DNA of 64,000 nucleotides from Candidatus Binatia bacterium (GTDB lineage Bacteria; Eisenbacteria; RBG-16-71-46; SZUA-252): NCBI GenBank assembly GCA_035631035.1, contig DASQJL010000096.1, positions 1,234 to 65,233 of the forward strand, read 5' to 3'. Shown piece by piece: positions 59,972 to 64,000 of this stretch (position 1 is its first letter; each line of letters starts with the position of its first letter). The notes under the pieces were generated by a model. It saw only the letters and a program-made list of their open reading frames with translations, ran no database searches and was not told where the DNA came from. The position numbers and the translations under genes were made by a program.

Positions 59972-60769
59972 TCACGCCTCCTGCGTCGTGACTTCCTCGG
60001 GCTCGGGGGTCTCGTCGGGGCGGGGGTTGAAGATCGCGGCCAGCTCGCCCCGGAGCTGCCCCTCGTCCAGGTTCCACTTGAGCTCGCCCTTGTGCGCGAT
60101 CGAGATCGCGCCGGTCTCCTCGCTCACCACGATCACCGCGGCATCGGTCTCCTCGGCCAGGCCGAGGGCGGCCCGGTGGCGCGTGCCCAGGAGGGGCGAG
60201 AGCCCGCGCGTCTGGCTCAGCGGGAGGATGCAGCTCGCCGCGACGATGGCGTCGCCCCGGATCACGACGGCCCCGTCGTGCAGCGGCGAGTGGGGCGTGA
60301 AGATCGTCTCCAAGAGCTCGGCGCTCACCGAGGCGTCGATCTTGGTGCCGGTCTCCACGTAGTCGCGCAATCCCATGTCCCGCTCGAAAACGATGATCGC
60401 GCCCCGCCGCTCCTTCCCCATCTCCTCCACCGCCTTGATCGTCTCGGCGACCACGCCGTACTCCTCGACGCGGATGAGCGCCCGGACCAGGCGGTTCTGG
60501 CCGATGTGGGTGAGGAGCGCCCGCAGCTCGGGCTGGAAGAGGATCACGAAGAGGATCACCCAGACCGTCTTCAGGCTGCCGATGATCCAGTTGAGCGCGT
60601 TCAGGCGGAACCACTGCGCCACGATGGAGGCGAACACGATGATGATGAGCCCCACGAACATCTGCGACGCGCGCGTCCCCTTGATCATGATGAAGAGGCG
60701 ATAGAAGAGGAACGCGACGATCAGGACGTCGAGCGCGTCGACGAGGAACTGGGGCTTGAGATCGATCAT
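59972..60769 (-). CDS. cdaA: Diadenylate cyclase (membrane-anchored CdaA/DacA type)
   Basis: Three N-terminal TM segments. DAC-domain motifs GAIIVFE, HDGAVVI, GTRHRAALG and VVSEETGAISIA. Confidence 0.9.
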   Translation of the reverse strand: MIDLKPQFLVDALDVLIVAFLFYRLFIMIKGTRASQMFVGLIIIVFASIVAQWFRLNALNWIIGSLKTVWVILFVILFQPELRALLTHIGQNRLVRALIRVEEYGVVAETIKAVEEMGKERRGAIIVFERDMGLRDYVETGTKIDASVSAELLETIFTPHSPLHDGAVVIRGDAIVAASCILPLSQTRGLSPLLGTRHRAALGLAEETDAAVIVVSEETGAISIAHKGELKWNLDEGQLRGELAAIFNPRPDETPEPEEVTTQEA

Positions 60770-61707
60770 GATCGGGCTTCGGCCTGGATCGGCGCGTCTC
60801 CGGCGGGAGCCTCCTCCCGGAGGCGCGCCCTGGGATCGAGAATCGCTTCGGCGCTACGGATCGCGTCCACCGTCTCCCGGACGTCATGGGTGCGGACGAT
60901 CCGCGCCCCGAGCGCGAGCGCGGCCACCGTGGCGCCCAGCCCCGCGCCCAGCCGCTCCTCGATCGGGATGGAGCGGCCGGTGACGCGGCCGAGGAACGAT
61001 TTCCGCGATACACCGATGTACAGGGGCCGCCCGAGCGAGGTCAAGCTCGGAAGTCCCTGGAGCACGCGCAGGCTCTGCGGCGCGCGCTTCGAGAAGCCGA
61101 TCCCGGGGTCCAGCGCGATCCGCTCCTCCGTAATTCCCGCAGAAACGGCGGCCTTCATCTGGCGCTCCAGGAAGCGTCGCACGTCCAGGACCTCGTCCTC
61201 GTACGCGACCGGCTCGTGCATGCGGTCGGGGGCGCCCAGGGCGTGCATCAGCACGAGGCCGGCGCCCGCGGACGCCACGATACCGGCCAGCTCCGGCTGG
61301 GCGGTGAGCCCCGTCACGTCGTTCACGATGGCGGCCCCCTCGTCCAGCGCGCGGCGCGCCACCTCGGCGCTCCAGGTGTCCACCGACACCGGAAGACCCA
61401 GGCGGACCACCGCCGGAAGCACGGGGCGAAGCCGCGCCCATTCCTCCTCGGCGCCGATCGGCGGGTCGCCGCCGGGGCGGGTCGACTGCGCTCCGATGTC
61501 GATCGCGTCGGCGCCCTCGCCGGCCATCGCCTGGGCGCGCGCGAGGGCCCGCGCCGGATCGAGCCAGCGGCCGCCGTCGTAGAAGCTGTCGGGGGTGAGG
61601 TTGAGGATTCCGGCCACTCGGGCCCGCTCGCTGAGATTCCACGAGCCGGCCCGGTGGCGGAAGATCAGGGGTGCGTCGGAGGCGGGTCCGGTCTGGTTCC
61701 GCAGCAC
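60766..61707 (-). CDS. folP: Dihydropteroate synthase
   Basis: GILNLTPDSFYDGG, GADAIDIGAQSTRPG, IVNDVTG and GIGFSK. The start may be further downstream. Confidence 0.9.
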   Translation of the reverse strand: MLRNQTGPASDAPLIFRHRAGSWNLSERARVAGILNLTPDSFYDGGRWLDPARALARAQAMAGEGADAIDIGAQSTRPGGDPPIGAEEEWARLRPVLPAVVRLGLPVSVDTWSAEVARRALDEGAAIVNDVTGLTAQPELAGIVASAGAGLVLMHALGAPDRMHEPVAYEDEVLDVRRFLERQMKAAVSAGITEERIALDPGIGFSKRAPQSLRVLQGLPSLTSLGRPLYIGVSRKSFLGRVTGRSIPIEERLGAGLGATVAALALGARIVRTHDVRETVDAIRSAEAILDPRARLREEAPAGDAPIQAEARS

Positions 61708-61711
61708 GTCA

Positions 61712-63817
<2,106 letters not shown>

Positions 63818-63863
63818 TCGGCTGGACTTCCTTTCCTGGAATCGGCAGGGTTGCCGGATGTCT

Positions 63864-64000
63864 CTAGTGTTGGATGGAAGTTGCTTCCGGCCGGTTCTCC
63901 TTTCCGGCCATCAGGATGATGCGCCCTCGCTCCCTGCGAACCTGTACGCCCATCGGGAAATCGGCCGAGCGGCCGCGGCGGTCGTTCGCGAGGGAATGCA
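63864..64000 (-). CDS. 3' end of an upstream gene entering from beyond the window (identity unknown; weak resemblance to a TilS C-terminus)
   Basis: My translation of the minus frame ending at TAG 63864-63866 gives ...ANDRRGRSADFPMGVQVRRERGRIILMAGKENRPEATSIQH. Only 44 codons are visible. Confidence 0.25.
   Translation of the reverse strand, partial: HSLANDRRGRSADFPMGVQVRRERGRIILMAGKENRPEATSIQH

Overview
The window is a visibly GC-rich bacterial chromosomal segment (GC not computed). About 60 protein genes are tightly packed, many with 1-14 nt start/stop overlaps. I found no rRNA, tRNA, CRISPR array, transposase or integrase by eye. All product calls rest on motifs read directly in the supplied translations; no BLAST or HMM search was possible. 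In this GC-rich DNA nearly every real gene is shadowed by long Arg/Gly/Pro-rich antisense or out-of-frame ORFs. I rejected those wherever the opposite strand carries canonical catalytic motifs, and I trimmed several over-extended track ORFs to internal starts.

Recognisable content falls into these groups:
- Cell envelope: an M23 peptidase with an SLH-like tail, a D-Ala-D-Ala carboxypeptidase, a PDZ protein, a beta-helix protein, an S8 protease, two fused M16 proteins, a TolB-like propeller, and a large probable outer-membrane protein.
- Housekeeping: lon, asd, a fabF-like KAS, a RumA-type methyltransferase, two csp genes, a 5'-nucleotidase, and the ftsH-folP-cdaA operon.
- An SOS neighbourhood centred on lexA and dinB.

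Most interesting observations:
1. Two 26/30-identical promoter-operator modules sit upstream of lexA and dinB. Each places a GCAC-N4-GTKC dyad inside a TTGACA-17-TATCNT promoter.
2. The dinB copy heads a four-gene cassette: dinB, a DUF72 gene, an MrfA-like DExH/DUF1998 helicase, and an MrfB-like DEDD exonuclease.
3. A 98-aa unknown ORF is translationally coupled to lexA.
4. A minus-strand triad encodes a short HipA-like kinase, a DUF3037 protein and an HhH-like protein, with no HipB-type partner.
5. Two tandem paralogous 23-codon hydrophobic micropeptide genes lie in a lower-GC gap just upstream of lon. They show synonymous-site divergence.
6. A strong promoter drives a ~155-nt leader that ends in an intrinsic terminator, upstream of a zinc-ribbon/cold-shock operon.
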